In this document: positions 1 through 13,468 of the stretch, piece after piece
Position numbering within the stretch: the stretch's first letter is position 1
Layout: every line of letters starts with the position of its first letter
Assembly (NCBI GenBank): GCA_002633005.1
Contig: NMRA01000119.1
Coordinates: 580,698-644,697, forward strand
DNA: 64,000 nucleotides
DNA from: Phoronis australis
Taxonomy: Eukaryota > Animalia > Phoronida
Direction: 5' to 3'
Notes under the pieces: model-generated
The model's input: only the letters and a program-made list of their open reading frames with translations
Databases searched by the model: none
What the model was told of the DNA's origin: nothing
Made by a program: the position numbers and the translations under genes

Positions 1-1504
1 AAACCAACACAAGACGACCTGACTCTCGCTGCACAGTTGAACACCCATGCACTGCCAAAAATTCAGTTGGTAATTAAAAGGAGAGGTAGCGTCAGATGCC
101 TTTGCGGTGCACCAGACGTGCGCAGGCCAAATGAGCTCAACTCATGACAGACCTGTTATCCATCGACAGGTTCTTTATGAAAGAAGTCTTTTCAAGTCTG
201 TCTGTATCTTAAGAATATGGGTATAGTTTTCCATTTGTTGCCATGCGCACTATATGTTGTAGGCATGCAATGGTGCCACCCCGGAAATCCCCCTTAGACT
301 ATGGAAAGCTGGACCAGATTATATACCCTGTAGGCCTACCACATATTTAGGAGCTTCAACGTCAGTACGGCCACCGACTCCAGGCACGGTGGGCTACACA
401 TATACCACGTGAGGTGCCTGTGTCGGACAAGGCTACATCGACCTGTTATGACATACCCACTCTGAAGGCACCGTAGAGAAGAAGGCAAATCTCCTAGCAA
501 AATCCCATTGGACGGCCACTGGCGGCCATTGTTGTTTCGTTGGTCATAGAGACGTCTAGCGGGCGTGTGTGCAATAAACAAATATATTATACTTGTGTGA
601 TTATAATTTGGACACTCAGCTGCAGCGTTTTTCTGCATTCGCAATATTCTCCTTGTCTGACAATTGTTTTTCAAAGCGACTTGACAGATTCTGGTGAAAC
701 TTCACAGTATTTAAATGGCCGGGATACGCCAGCACCACTTCATTTTCGTACTAATTTAAGAGCTGTACTATCCCGTGTTAAACAAAATAGTGCTTTCCAA
801 AATTATTATTAAAATGGCTTAACAGCGTTTAACGAAATATGACAGAGGAATATGGTGGAGATGCTTCGCTGTTTTGTGCAATTTTGACAGCAGTTCGAGT
901 TGCATATTTAAATTCCAATATGATATTGACATCAGTGCGTAATACGTATTAATTGCATGGTTTGATAACCTGCTTAATAATTTGCCATGGGAAGTGTTGT
1001 AGGAAGTGTTCTTTAAAAGGCATATTGAGCCCTACATCTGTGGGTACTTTGGTAGTATTTATTATCTTGGAAACCCCGTTGCACTCAGTCACTATGTCGT
1101 TTGTTTAGAATTTTGTCTTGACACGGATCTTAAAACATCAAGTCAAGAAATAACGCTTCTCTATGTTATTTATTTTGAAGTTGGCCATTTTTACCTGCTG
1201 ATGTATGTTGAAAACGCCTTTAACTTACTGCCGATAAATGATTTATTAAATTTAATAAAATGTGAATGGCTTACGAGAGCTGGAAAACATCGTAAAAACT
1301 ATGAATTGTGTATTCAATAGCCATCTTGGCTGTTTTATGGGGGCATACAAGGCAGGTTTACTGGACTGCAAGCAGGAATTCCATTTTCCATTTTTATTGC
1401 TGTTGTTCAGCCCCCTACCCCTGTTTCCTCCAGTATCATTCACCACAACCCATCCCAATTCGCTGCCCATTTCATATCCTATCAGGCAAGGATGCTGGGG
1501 GTCC

Positions 1505-2000
1505 AGTGTCCGGTTACATGAAACAATCCCAAATAGCAACTCCATTATGTTCTCTAAATCCACTGGGTATTTGTTAGTTTTCTACGTTGAATTCCCAATA
1601 TTACTGAAAATAAGTAGGGATCTTTTCATGCAACGCCCTAATTTAAAGACAAAATCCCTAAATATTTTGACTGTCGGATTTAAGGGCTCAGCTTTTAGTT
1701 TTATTATTAGAAAACATCACATGTCAAAAGAGGAGCTCGTAATAAAGATAGAAAAATATAACAAGTGTGTGTACAGAACGAAACAAATACGCAAAACATT
1801 TAGATAACTCAATTGAGCACACAGGCGTATCCAGGGGGGTCAAAGGGCTTTTTCCTTGATATCAAAACTAGAATTTTCAAATTGTTGTCATGGACCTCTC
1901 TTCTTAAAAAAAATTATCCCACCCCTCCCCCCTTTTAAAAAATCCTTGATCTGCCCCTGTTGAGTCGCTATTTGGGACTGTTTCATGTAACTGGGCACAG
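1505..2000. mobile_element. MITE with ~40-bp TIRs (Harbinger-like), containing a nested MITE
   Basis: Left CAGTGTCCGGTTACATGAAACAATCCCAAATAGCAACTC pairs with right GAGTCGCTATTTGGGACTGTTTCATGTAACTGGGCACAG. Another end of this family lies at ~33905. Confidence 0.6.
1818..1959. mobile_element. Short GC-rich MITE with 5-bp TSD (TTGAG), hAT5-like
   Basis: CA..GGCGTATCCAGG left end, GATCTGCCCCTG right end, TTGAG on both flanks. Confidence 0.6.
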
Positions 2001-2419
2001 ACCCTCCTTTTTGAATGTAGATTGTCGTAAGGTGTGAATTTTCGTAATAAAGACCTGGACCCGTGTTTGGATGGCGCAAAAGTCCAGTTTTCATTGACGA
2101 CTGTCGTGAAATAATCGAAGCTCAGTGTCTGCACCTTGCAGGTACTGCGTGGTTGATTAGAAAAAAAAATCATGCCTTGTCTGCATTACGCCGAATTCTT
2201 GCGGTGGAAATCAAACCCTGCAAGACGACCAGCTGACGGTACCCTATGACACAACGCCACCTACGTGTGTGGGCTGCAATGCGCATGACTTCGCCACCAC
2301 TAGCACACGCCTTCATGTTATGTACCTGTTTGGGCTTAAGCCACTGGATCGGTGTTTCCTTAATATTGTTTACCTCGATCACTGCCCGTTTTAATAAATT
2401 ACAACTATTCAAGTCAAAG

Positions 2420-2690
2420 GTGGTCGCCGTACTTGGAAACAGTAAACTGAAAGGGGTTTTCAGATTTCAACCAATGGAATGAGTGAATGTTATGACGTCG
2501 GTTTCACTACTTTAACCAATGCGAAGCCATGTTAAACAGCATTCGACAGTGCTACCTTTCGTAGCACTCTGAAAGAGTTTAAAGTTGGTGGATCATGGTC
2601 TCTCGAATTCGGCTTTATCATAATATTTGGTTATTTCTATTGGCTGAAAACTGAGAAATCCCTTTTCAGTACTTTTGAATGACCATCGTT
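2420..2690. repeat. Degenerate inverted-repeat element
   Basis: ACTGAAAGGGGTTTTCAGATTTCAACCAAT (~2446) vs ATTGGCTGAAAACTGAGAAATCCCTTTTCAGT (~2640). Confidence 0.45.
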
Positions 2691-4199
2691 ATCTCACAAC
2701 TCATACGAATAGGATTTGACCGTTTAATCACTGTTACAGTCACTGTTTAAACCACTAATCTTGAACATTTACTCGCAGAACATTACGCCCTATATTTAGT
2801 TACTTGTGAATCACGGAATCGTCTGTCTCGGCTTATGCATCAGCAGAAAAAAAATATTTTGCTTGCTTGCCTGTTAATAATAACCACTATTTAAGCAGGT
2901 AACGAAGTCACGGTTAGGTTTGCATTTTAATTGGTATTTTAATGACGATTGAAATGGCAATTAATGTCCCCATGCACACCTTAGCTGATGATGGGGAGCG
3001 GCAGCAGAGCCGGGCAACCAGGGTTCCGTGACCCGACCCACTGGACAAAACCTGGCATTCGTTTACAGCCCTAATGGTACGCGAACGCGCTCTGATTTTC
3101 TTGAGAAATGGAAATCATTGTCACTCATATCTTCTGAACTTTATAGGCGCTGGTCCAGGGGCATTCCTTGCGGACCGGATTCCCTGCTCGGCCACTTCTT
3201 TGTATAAAATACCTGAAAAGTAAGTCAGTTTACTACATTCACCCCCGAGTTATGTGCCACCTTTTGGCCAAATTGTGTTTCGATTAATTAATTGCTGGCT
3301 TCTATTCTTTTAAAACGGTAATAATAAACTTGTTCACCTTAACATGTTCCGTCTAGTAGTCGAAATTTGAAATCAGTTCAGCAAAGGATATTTAATTTGT
3401 GGCGGTGGCAACTCTGGGACTCCTTCGATGTTGTGTCAGTGCAGTAAGAATCAATCACTGGTGCAAGTTATTGCATTTCAGGTGAACCGCTCACTTTTTT
3501 GATTTCTTAAGCTTTGTTTGCCTGCTGAAAAATTATTTTAGTGAATGCTTTTCATCTCCTTACATTTTTATCAACCACATGAAGCCCTGTGTCGGTATGT
3601 TGTCGCGCCAAGTTATGAAGGGCTGCTATCTCTATAGTCCAGGCAATATCCAGCCGAGACAGCTACCTCTGTGTTTTGATCTGAACGAAGAAGGTACAAT
3701 TACAGATACAGGAATATTTTTTCGTCTAATTTATGACCAGAGTGGGTCCTTTAGTGGGTCCTTGCAGAACATTCGTGCTGAACGAGTCAGGACACTTTGT
3801 GTTGGCTGGGGGACGTACAAAATTCACGATTTCAGCTTACAATTATATTAATTACTAATTTTTAATTGCAAACAAATGGCTGAACATATCGAGAATATAA
3901 AATCAAATTTGTATTACACGAAAAACCAAACAAATTGATGACGGTTTTACGCTCAGGCGTTATCAATACGTTTTGAAGGATAATATGGCCGTCTTTCAGA
4001 AATCGTTGTACAGGGAACTTGGGTCACGGATTAGACGAGAGTAGTCAACGCTTTTCTTATTTCGGGCGATGTACAAAATTGCGTTCAAAAAGCTTATAGT
4101 TTGATAACAGGAAAGCATAAAGCAATACTCCATGTTATAAATTATTAAATGGTATATATTTACAACTTAGTGTTTGAACTAGTAGAACCCATTGAGATA

Positions 4200-5006
4200 A
4201 GGCCTTTAAGAACTCGGGCCCTAATGCTTTTGCGTGAAATCGACCGTTTTCCAAAATTTCGCTTAGCTCCGCTGGCCTTTATAGGTTTCATATGGAATTT
4301 GACTAGCAGGTGGATCTCATCAAGGACTACGTGAATTGTGACATCCGTTTTCGCTTCAACCTACCGTTTTGTGTTATTCAAGTCGAGATTATCCGAATGA
4401 CGGCCGTTCGTTTATTGATGATTTTTGTTGCCCAACTCCGGCGTCCTTTGACTAATCTGTCTAAAATTTGGTATGTGAATACATCTTGTAAAGTGCTGCA
4501 AAAATTTCTCAGTAGGTCTTTGGCTGCGACTTTCCTTACTTGAGGTATTCGTGATTAGCTGATGCCTAAGGGCCAACACTAGTATGTTTCTTCATAGAGT
4601 TCTACGGTTTCTTGGGCTTCAGTGTCGTCGTGCGTCTCAGAGTTCACATGGGTTCTATACTCTTGCCGTTATACGCACGGCCGATCGACATGAACTTTGC
4701 AGCCGCAACTGCATCTGTGTCATTGAGTTGATGATGGCATCGTCGCTGTTGTTGACAATGGCAGCGTCATCGGAGATGTCTTGGTTGCCGTTGGTATCAT
4801 GGGTGTCGTCTTCATATCCGTTGGTGAATTCTAAGTTCTTCATTCAATTTTGCCAAGTGTCGCTCCTCAGAGCGCTTTTATTTGTAAAATTTTGTAGTCT
4901 ACTGTCCTCAAACATAGTGTCAAACGAGGATCGTCTACCTTCTATTCTGGCAGCCGCCGGATTGGCACTACCGCTGCGTCTTTTAAAGGCGTAACGTAGA
5001 GCCATT
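4200..5006 (-). pseudogene. Decayed TE ORF, possibly DIRS-type gag
   Basis: Frameshifted reading from ATG ~5006: acidic N-terminal tract, then ASANHEYL/QVRKVAAKDLLRNFCS, which resembles the DIRS ORF1 core. Many stops. Confidence 0.3.
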
Positions 5007-5059
5007 TCGACGTGTTACAATAATTTTTAAAGTTTATATAGTTCCTTAAAACATGAAAG

Positions 5060-5310
5060 AGATGTCAGTAAGGGCTAGCGGGTTGGGTGTTCACCTGCTG
5101 TTCTCAAGGTTGTGGGTTCAAATCCCACTGGAACCCACTGCTAGACCCGAGAATAAGGTTTCTAGATCCTAAGCTTGGTCTTAATTTATGTATATCTGTT
5201 TCTGTATAAGTTAAATAAACCCAATGGTTTCAGGTGTTTCGTGCCCTCTGAAACCGGCGGAACGGCCTGCCCACGTCTGTGCAACGTGTATCAGGCCACC
5301 TGCACTATTT
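5060..5310 (+). mobile_element. tRNA-headed repeat (SINE-like, or terminal repeat of a tyrosine-recombinase retrotransposon)
   Basis: T-arm GTGGG-TTCAAAT-CCCAC with B-box at ~5116, AATAAA at ~5214, hairpin GGTTTCAG/CTGAAACC. The 3' motif recurs inverted at ~85-128 and ~35113-35153. Confidence 0.55.
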
Positions 5311-5569
5311 TAAATATATCCACATTATCAATCTCAACGTTAACACGATAGCAAAATCATGAACTTAGAATCAACAATAACTGTATTAAATCTTGAGCAC
5401 TTGGCCAACGGATAAAGTATCGCCCTCTTTGGCCTCTTGCACTAATTAATATCGCCAAAACTTTTAGTAACACTGTCATTTTTCAACTAAACTAAGTCAT
5501 ATTATTTGAAAGACCTTGACAAGCGATTGGTATAGTATGATTACTCAACCAGAAAAAAATGTTTAATTC

Positions 5570-6476
5570 ATAAATATAGATTATTACATGGCGAAGTCGT
5601 TATCCCCCGTTATCTAGAGCCCGAGTGGATTTTGGAGAATTATCGCCCGGGGGCTCTAGATAAGGGGGATAACGACTGAGAACATGTAATAATCTATTTA
5701 TACCGCATACTGAACGAGAAACATTGCAATGAATCGATCTACCTTTCTCGACTCGCCTCGGCTTTGTAACTACTTTCTATGTCAGAGGCCCGGGGTCGGA
5801 GGTCGTGACCTTTTAAGAAAAGCCGAGATATTTTTGTAAAATAATGCTTTTACTCAAAACCAATTGAAAANNNNNNNNNNNNNNNNNNNNNNNNNNNNNN
5901 NNNNNNNNNNNNNNNNNNNNNNNNNNNNNNNNNNNNNNNNNNNNNNNNNNNNNNNNNNNNNNNNNNNNNNNNNNNNNNNNNNNNNNNNNNNNNNNNNNNN
6001 NNNNNNNNNNNNNNNNNNNNNNNNNNNNNNNNNNNNNNNNNNNNNNNNNNNNNNNNNNNNNNNNNNNNNNNNNNNNNNNNNNNNNNNNNNNNNNNNNNNN
6101 NNNNNNNNNNNNNNNNNNNNNNNNNNNNNNNNNNNNNNNNNNNNNNNNNNNNNNNNNNNNNNNNNNNNNNNNNNNNNCCGGCTTTTCTTAAAAGGTCACG
6201 ACCTCCGACCCCGGGCCTCTGACATAGAAAGTAGTTACAAAGCCGTGGAGAGTCAGAAAAGGTAAATCGATTCATTGCAATGTTTCTCCTTTAGTATGTG
6301 GTATAAATAGATTATTACATGTTCTCAGCCGTTATCCCCCTTATCTAGAGCCCGAGTGGATTTTGGAGAATTATCGCCTGAGGGGCTTTAGCCCCGAGGG
6401 CGATAATTCTCCAAAATCCACTCGGGCTCCAGATAACGGGGGATAACGACTTCGCCATGTAATAATCTATATTTAT
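5570..6476. mobile_element. Foldback-type element with nested palindromes, spanning an assembly gap
   Basis: 5570-5825 is the inverted complement of 6178-6476, and each arm starts with its own internal hairpin (ATAGATTATTACATG...CATGTAATAATCTAT). Ns at 5871-6177. Confidence 0.75.
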
Positions 6477-6759
6477 TTTGTATATCTGACATGTAAAAAT
6501 TCTTAGAATCAACAGTGTTAACCTGCAAAAAAGAGTGTACCAATGAAACCTTTCGTGTGCTAACTGGCTGAATAAGTAACTAATTATAGTATTGATTAAC
6601 ATATAACGCATATTAATTTAGGGTAAAGAGTAACATAAAAAGAAAATGAACCAGGATGTCCTGGATTTTTTTGATTATTTATCCCTTGAGGGTTCAAGTT
6701 CATATGTTGATGGCACAGGTTCACCAGAGAACAGCGGCATATTAATGTTGCATAGAGAG

Positions 6760-9490
6760 ATTACAAACTGATCATTTCAGTGATTGTTCATTGGCTATTG
6801 TGGGCGATGCCAGAACAGGGAATGTGGTAGACATCATTTTAGATGATAGCCCAAAATATTTGCCATCCCAGAACTGGTATGAAGCGGATACATTTAGTTT
6901 GCTTAGGAATTCTAAGGACGAAGCTGTAAACAATTTCGGTAAAACTCTCATTGAGTTATGTCTCGAACTTTGTAATCAACGGTTGTTTCCCAGGTGATAC
7001 TAGGGGTGAGTTTACCTGTCTGTCGGAAGGCGGACGTAGTCTTGTAGATTATCTACACAACTATTTGATTTAGTGGAGGATTTTGTTGTGGATGAATGGG
7101 GTGAGTATGATCATGTACCAGTTATTTGTAAATTTAGGTGTCGTAGGTCAGAGATCAATCCTACTGTGGTTCCATTGTTACACCCACGTAGCCGGATTCA
7201 GTGGGAGAGCTCCAGTGCGCAGGCATTCTCTCGCGTTTTTTCAACTAGTTCTGAGGCCGTGGATAGCTCGGTGGCTAGTGACAATCTAGGTAATGCGTTC
7301 AGACCCATTACAGATTTGTTGAGTCAGTAAGCCGTATCAACCATGAAAACTCGTACATCTACTGATAGTCAAACTAATGTAAGTCGCAACTCGGCGACAA
7401 AGCAGCCACTCTGGTGGGTTGATGAATTGGCATCGGTCACACGAGCAAAAATATGGTTTTTAAAACTGTTTCTTAAAAACCCTTATGTCTTTTACCTTAA
7501 CGCGTATAAAGTAAAAAAGAAGGCTTTCCGTGATTCGTTTAAACAGAAAGAGAAATGAAGCCTGACTTATTGAAGCTATTAAACGTTCCAAAAATAACCC
7601 TAAGAAGTTCTGGCAAATAATTAAAACCAATATTCGGACATCCCATATGTCTTCTACAATTAGTCCGCAGAAATAGCACAACTATTTCAAGGATTTATTG
7701 AACCAAAACTTTTCTATTGACGAGTCTTTGAGTGAATTTGCCACGCAGGATATGATTGATCATGACCGTTCCTGTAAGAAGTGTACTAACAATTACCCAT
7801 TTCATCTCTGCAATACTGATTTTTTGCCTTCTGAAATATATGAGGCCATTAAACAATTGGCTAATGGCAAGGCTGGGGGTTATGATGGCGTGATTTTTGA
7901 AACGCTGAAGTGCACTGAGGTAACGATAGTGCCAGTTTTGCATAAGTTATTTAATGCAATTTTTGATTTTGGGTATTATCCTCAGACGTGTTGTGACGCA
8001 ATGCTTACTCCAGTGCATAAAAAAGTAATATCAATGACGAAAATAACTATAGAGGTATTTCCCTGTTGTCTGCTTTGGGAATACTTTTTACCAAACTTTT
8101 AAATAATCGTCTTTATTACTGGGCTGAAAATAATGATAAACTTTATGAATCTCAAGCTGGTTTCAGAAAGGGCTACTCTAAAGTTGACCACTTCAAGCTA
8201 TCTGTCACAAGTATTTGAGGCGACAGGGTGGGAGATTTTACTGTGCCTTTGTAGATTTCTCGAAGGCTTTCGATAGAATCCCTCATAATTTGCTCTTCAA
8301 TAGATTGAAAAACATTGAATGTGCGTGGTAAAATTTTCAACATAATCCGCCCTATGTACAGTAAATTGCGCACTTGTGTGAAAACTCAAGATGGTCTTAC
8401 AGATTTCTTTGATTGTACTGTTGGCACTCGCCAGTGATGCATGACCAGCCCATTATTATCTGTGTTGTATCTAAATGAATTTCTGGATCAACTGAGTGCT
8501 AGAAGTAATATTAATAGCGCATATCTCAGCGAACAAGTGCCATGAGTCAACTCCCTGCTGTACGCAGACGACATGGTGTTATATTCCTCTACCGCCATCA
8601 ACTTACAACGTACGCTAAATTGTTTGTCAGAATTTTGCGAATCATGGGGCATGTAAGTAAACTTGAAGAAAACTAATTGTTTTCAGAAATGGCGGTCTCC
8701 TTAGACGATATGAGAAATGGTTTTACAATGGAACATTGGTCGATGTGGTGTCTCATTACAAATACCTTGTACTACTTATTACTCCAAAAGTTTCGTGGAC
8801 CAAAGCCATTAAAGCCTGATCTAGTCAAGCAAATGAAGCTGCCTCTGCAATTTGTAAATTAAAGCGAAGATGTCGTGATCTACCCCCGTCAGTAGCCTTT
8901 CACCCGTTCGGTAAAATTGTTTACCCCTCTCTGTTACGGCGTTGTGATATGGGGCCTTAAGGAATAGGAACAATTGGAAAATCTACGTAATCAAATTTTA
9001 TAAACGCATTTTAGGAGTAGGCAGTTGTTGTTCAAACTCGGTCATTATGGGAGAATGTGGTCGATTCCCATTGTTCACTAAATATTTTGTATCCTGTATA
9101 ATATACTGGTTCAAAATCCTGGAGATGTAATCGTGGGTAAAGGCTGCATATGATATGTTTTTTCATTCAGGCCTGATCGGAAGATCTTCTTATAATTGGG
9201 CAAGTTTTGTAAGGAAACTTCTGTCTGTGTATGGTTTTTCAGAATGTATGGATTAATCAGCAGAGTAGAGTTTTGTTCAGAAAGTATGAACGCAACGGAA
9301 TAAAGACCGTGAACTATGAAAAGTGTCGTGCATTTAACAAATTCTGTATAACAGAAAAATTGCTCCCGAAGTACAGTCACTATGTAAGGTATAAAACAAT
9401 GGTTGTCTTGAGAATTATCTAGAAACAGTTAGTATCCCAAGTATCCCACGTGTTTTTATCCAGTCTCTGACTCGGTTGCGATGTTCAAGT
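6760..9490 (+). mobile_element. Decayed CR1/L2-group LINE ORF2 (APE C-terminus, RT, C-terminal region)
   Basis: SKDEAVNNFGKTLIELC, GEFT..SLVDY, DHVP, GKAGGYDG, ESQAGFRKG, F(V)DF.KAFD, LLYADD, GECGRFPL; many frameshifts and stops. Confidence 0.85.
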
Positions 9491-9654
9491 CAAACGACAG
9501 CGTGGTTAGATACTGACCCATACGCAGTCTGTATACTTTCATTCGACACAACAGCAAATTCATTTTGCAGAAGAACCTGTCTTTCCTCGATGTTTATTTG
9601 CCGAATTCCGGCTTGGTTTTACACCTCCGAAAGCGAAGTAACACCAGGATAGAG

Positions 9655-9750
9655 TTCAGTAACGCTTGGACTTCGCTAAAAAGCAAGATATTGTCATGTC
9701 CTTTGATTGAGAACGCGTGATTCTGGGTAGGTTCTAGCGTTTCTGAACTT
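9655..9750 (+). repeat. Fragment of the ~150-bp MITE family at 49897-50052
   Basis: GTTCAGTAACGCTTGGACTTCGCTAAAAAGCAAG is shared with ~26470, 35832-35983 (inverted) and 49897-50052. Confidence 0.55.
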
Positions 9751-9968
9751 TAGCCATTTGTGTGTCGTGCCTGACCGAATTTTCCCATATATGGGACGTA
9801 TTCAGTGCTAAGGGAGGAAACTCCAACAGCTTCATAATGGAAATCTGTAGGGAGTTGAAGCATTCCAAGGCTTTTCATTTCATGCAAAACTAATAATTAA
9901 TACGTAAACAACATAAGTTAGAGGATTTTTTTAGAAATTTGCGCTAAATGATTCTGGTGCATCAATAT

Positions 9969-10222
9969 CATGTGCGCACCCAGATTTTAATATGGGCGGG
10001 GCTCGAATTTCTGACGAAGTGGACCTTTCCTGACAAAAAAGCGGGAGGACTAAAAAAACGGGGTACCACCTTCAGGACTGTAAAATGTGCGTCTGCTCCT
10101 TTTTAGTGGACTTTTGTCTCGGTTTCTCGGACTTTTTGTTTCTCTGAGGAGGGCCTTTTTGTCCACTTCTCCAAATAGGGGGCTTGTTCGAGCCCCCGAA
10201 CCTCCCCCCGAGTGCGCGCATG
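9969..10222. mobile_element. MITE with 5-bp TSD (AATAT)
   Basis: CATGTGCGCACCC...GAGTGCGCGCATG termini; AATAT at 9964-9968 and 10223-10227. Confidence 0.7.
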
Positions 10223-11239
10223 AATATCACTTAAGACTTATCTACATTTGGCGACTTTTCTGACAATCATGTGGCAGCTCAGTCCCAGAAACGTCGGGGT
10301 AATTTTTCAGCGTGTATTTTCTTTTATATCAAGTAGCATACTTTGGTACTGGAATGCACGCGTAGGTTAGAGCGCTGACTTAACTTTCGGGTCAGCAACT
10401 AAGGTGCTCAGCTGTGAGGCGGCCTATGAAGTTTCGAAATCGCACGTCATTCAAGTTTTTCAATTATTTTGTTACAAAATAGAACATCACCGATATTTCG
10501 GGTACCAACTTCGTTTACCGGGGGAGCCCTCAGTGTTGTTTTCGCAAAAACACCTTTCAATCAGTGTGACCTTTCGTCTAGACGAATCACATAAAGTTTG
10601 ACATCCACTGGATCGGTTCGAGCGCACTCCGTCGATGTTTTTTACAGCTGGGGCACCGAAACGCGGACCAAATTTAACTTTAAATTCTATATAAAAAAAC
10701 GCGGAAGAGAAAATGTACTCATTTGGACTCAACAAATGACTTGGGAACGATAGAGTGCAGCTGTGTTTTGAAAATACGCTCGCCAGTCATTTCTACTCGT
10801 CCAGCACCGTTTTTGTCTCATTGGCGACTGGGCGAGTGGTTAAGTATAAAACGCAAAGGTGAAATACTCACCGCAACACGCAAAACATCCAGATTGCGTT
10901 GTTTTTGTCGAACGGCCGAGAATACCAGTCCCCGAAGCGCCTGGTATTTAGTCGAACAGGAAATAGGACGATGTCACATGGGAAATCACCAAAGTATGTA
11001 CTAATACGTCAGTTTCGTGGTGTGTCAAAAAGCAGGACATTTTGATAATGTAGGGGGATGATCGGAAAAAATTAAAGCGGGACAGACCTGCTGAGAGAGG
11101 GACTGATGGCTTGATGTTAGTAACAAAAAATATTGGACTGGATTCTCTTATAAGGCAAACATTTCGTTTTTTAAACTTTTATTTCCCTAGTAAAGAAAAC
11201 AGTATAAGCAATAAATACGATAATAACATATTCGTACAT

Positions 11240-11392
11240 AAACGCATACTCATACATTCATACGTAAAGACAAGATCTCTATTTAGAGAGTTGGAAAGAA
11301 CTGAAATTAAACTAGTAAAAACAGATCAAAGTCGTATCCTCAATGAAACATGTATACGAGAAAGATTACTGCCAAATTATTATTATTGCTGA
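11240..11392 (+). pseudogene. Penelope-like element N-terminal ORF fragment
   Basis: RELERTEIKLVK..SRILNETCIRERLLPNY resembles the conserved PLE N-terminal xFNxxCxxxxLLPxY motif. Confidence 0.4.
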
Positions 11393-11399
11393 ACAGAGT

Positions 11400-12700
11400 C
11401 CGTGTGAAACCAATTACGTCATTGGATAATTTCAAAACCTCCGTCTGCCGTCAGGTGTCAGATAACACAACCGAACGTGCCGTTATCGAGTAGAACTACT
11501 CGATCTAAATTGATAAAAATATGTTGTTCTTGGGTGGCATTCTCCTTTAATAATGCCACTTCTAAACTGACCAAGGAACAAGACAAGACTAATTCTATAA
11601 CGGGAAGTGTCCGAAATCGAAACTCGTTTTGACAGGAAGCATGGCTTTGGTGGTGCACAGTAAACAGGATACCAAGCCCGGTTTTGACCCTTCGTAACAA
11701 TTCTCAAAAGTTTGAGGAAAACTTGAAAATCCTTTCAAAGCCTGCCAAACGGGCAAGGGTGACCTACGCTTTTAGCGAATTACATGGCAACTGTGGGAAA
11801 AGATCACCCACCAAGGACCATATTGTCCAATTTGTGATACAGGGGTTATGAGTTTTTAGTTGAATCCTCCTTTCATCTTTCAAGAATGACGTCAATGGTG
11901 CGTAAGCAGGTAGCAGAACGATGATTGGTTGAAATCATCAAAACGGAGTTTAGTATCCTTTTTAGTTATAGGCTACCTGGGATGAATACTACATGTAAAT
12001 ATAGGTTATCCCACATACATAAGAATAGTACTGCCATATCCTACCGAGAACTCATTTCATCTGGGAATGTCCGAGAACCAACGAGACCCATTGTTTACAG
12101 TATGACAATATTGACCAACACACATGATTTTAATATCGTTCTATTACTCGCAACGCAATCTTTCCAAAAATGTCCACTGCTCCGTCTCTTTAGTATTTAA
12201 TCGTCAAACTTACGCTCGCACTGTTTCTCGATAGTGATATCGCCATGTTGATTGGAAGGATCAGTTGTCTGGCGGTCAAAAACTGAACTAATATAGGTAC
12301 ACCCTTATTCTGCAAAGCGTCGCTATTCATAAGTTCAAACTGAGTCCGAGACCCGTCGATCCCGGGCCGGAGCTACGGTCCCAGGGTTTCAAATTCCTAC
12401 GATGACCTTGGTACGCATCTGCTAACAAGAATCCGCGAAAAGGATTGTTTTCGAAGGGTATTACTTCAGAGAATATCGTGGAAAAGTGATCAAATAATGA
12501 CGATTCTAAAAATATTTGGAAAAAGGTGAAAGGCTGCCCCTTGTTGCCCCATGGTATCCCAGGAAAACGTTAGGGGGGAATCTCGCAGGAGAACGCCATT
12601 CAGAATCGATGATGTTGTTTCGTTCATTAGCAACAGGTGTCGTTGTAATCTTGAGTTGAGCGAACATGACAGTGTCAACCGGGAAATAGTGCAATCAGAA
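11400..12700 (+). mobile_element. Highly decayed DIRS-like retrotransposon (gag end, RT start, RNaseH/MT end)
   Basis: Frameshifted WQLWEKIT..DHIV..VIQGY (DIRS RT N-terminal motif) at ~11780-11860, and IMTILKI...LVAPWYPR (cf. ILVAPxWP) at ~12495-12570. Confidence 0.4.
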
Positions 12701-13250
12701 ATTTGACTATAAAATAGTGAGGAAACGCTGCAGGGGACACGTTCATATATAGGCGAAATCGAACGATACCAAAATCATGTGTGAAACTCATTGTGGTCAT
12801 ATTGTAAACAATACCGAAATATTTCCGGCGTGTTGATCACAGCACTGGAAAATAACGGTGAAAACTGCATTTGCAGAACTTGAGGTATAGGATTGTATCG
12901 CAAAGAGCAGATTTTACGCTACCAGCGAGGGAGAGTCGAGGAACGCTGCGAACAAACCATTTTGTGCAAGTAAAAACACATTCTCGACATCAGGTCGCAA
13001 TTTCCTGTAAATATCTTAATTAGTTCTCAGTGAACTTGAGATACACTGCATGCATCCATAACAAAACGTGTTGTTTGATTTGAATTACATTTTGTTGGAG
13101 ATGCTACTTGCCAGGCAATTAACCCATTATGACCGGCCCAGATTAAAACTAGCGAGTCCTAAAAATAGCCGCCTGATCACTGTGCGTCGGAATTTTCACC
13201 GGAGAAAGTTTATAGTTGGTCTCATTGGGACATTCCGATTGTGAATTCTC

Positions 13251-13398
13251 ATGGGCGGCGCACCATAGGGGGCTGGGGGGATATAGCCAGCCCATTTTTT
13301 TCAGTGCCGTGCCGCCCCTGATCTAGGGGCGGTGCACCACAGAGGGGGTTGGGGGCTATAGCCCCACGTTTTTCAGTGCTGTCACGGTGCTGCCCATG
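13251..13398. mobile_element. Small MITE with internal tandem duplication
   Basis: CATGGGCGGCGCACC...GGTGCTGCCCATG termini with two internal GC-rich units. A related copy lies at ~50480-50587. Confidence 0.55.
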
Positions 13399-13468
13399 AT
13401 TAGCGATAAGATATGGCAGTAATATACCTATGTATGTTGGGTAACCTAAATCTACCGCATGACTAGAT

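Noticed and set aside
540-812. ORF with a hydrophobic stretch, as a possible membrane-protein exon
   Set aside because: Non-ATG start, no family motif and no supporting exons.
5065-5135. Genuine tRNA gene
   Set aside because: Only the T-arm/B-box is convincing; no clear acceptor stem or full cloverleaf, and it is embedded in a repeat.
5850-6275. ORFs across N-runs (also 56516-57045)
   Set aside because: Artefacts of translating assembly gaps.
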